Source of the DNA: Eledone cirrhosa
Lineage: Eukaryota
Reading direction: 5' to 3'
Assembly (NCBI GenBank): GCA_964016885.1
Contig: OZ024741.1
Location: 197,408,001-197,472,000 of the forward strand
Length of the DNA stretch: 64,000 nt
The notes below the pieces were generated by a model that searched no databases, had not been told where the DNA came from, and worked only from the letters and a program-made list of their open reading frames with translations. This document shows, piece by piece, positions 63,624-64,000 of this stretch (position 1 is the stretch's first letter; each line of letters opens with the position of its first letter). Position numbers and translations under genes: made by a program.

Positions 63624-64000
63624 TAGAATTCATAGAATAATGAGAATACAACAAAAAACAACTGTTAAAACAGCAAAATGCTGTCGGTTAGAATTTACCA
63701 CAAAAGACAGAAATCAGCCGCTAGAAGTGTGTTGGCCCGTAGAAGTGATAGGAAGAAACGAGCAATGGAAGAAAATGGACGAGACAAGATCACACAAACA
63801 TCTTTTAACCTCTTCGGTTCTCAGACCGACTGTGGTTTCACACGATTTAACTCTCAAGTTAAATCATTATTCTATGAATTCTATACACTCGCGCTCCAAA
63901 TCGATCTTTGAGAAAATTTTGTTTATAATCATAATTAATTAAACTTTTGGGAGTGGTTTCTACTACCTTTCTTTCGCAGAATTTGCGATTAAAACAACGA

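Overview
Eukaryotic, AT-rich DNA made almost entirely of repeats; no host gene can be supported. The SINE families, the microsatellite load and an RTE LINE with C2H2 fingers suggest a mollusc, probably an octopod cephalopod (inference). Contents: (i) non-LTR retrotransposons - an RTE 3' end with three C2H2 zinc fingers, several decayed L1/Tx1-type copies, a nearly intact R4/Dong element (RT + CCHC + restriction-like endonuclease) with further Dong fragments, and HERO/NeSL-like and CRE-like relics, several clustered in (TAA)n/(TTA)n tracts; (ii) more than 15 tRNA-type SINEs, several with clear TSDs; (iii) Penelope-like (GIY-YIG) relics. The most striking signal is a set of short non-coding elements in (TA)n microsatellites carrying minimal type-I hammerhead ribozymes (CUGANGA...GAAA, self-complementary stem III, UA cleavage site). 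Several are fold-back palindromes that put a hammerhead on both strands (19.6-20.2 kb, 60.0-60.4 kb). Others are hairpins that appear to have snapped back at a hammerhead stem II (40.0, 42.9 kb). All calls were made by eye; element boundaries are approximate.
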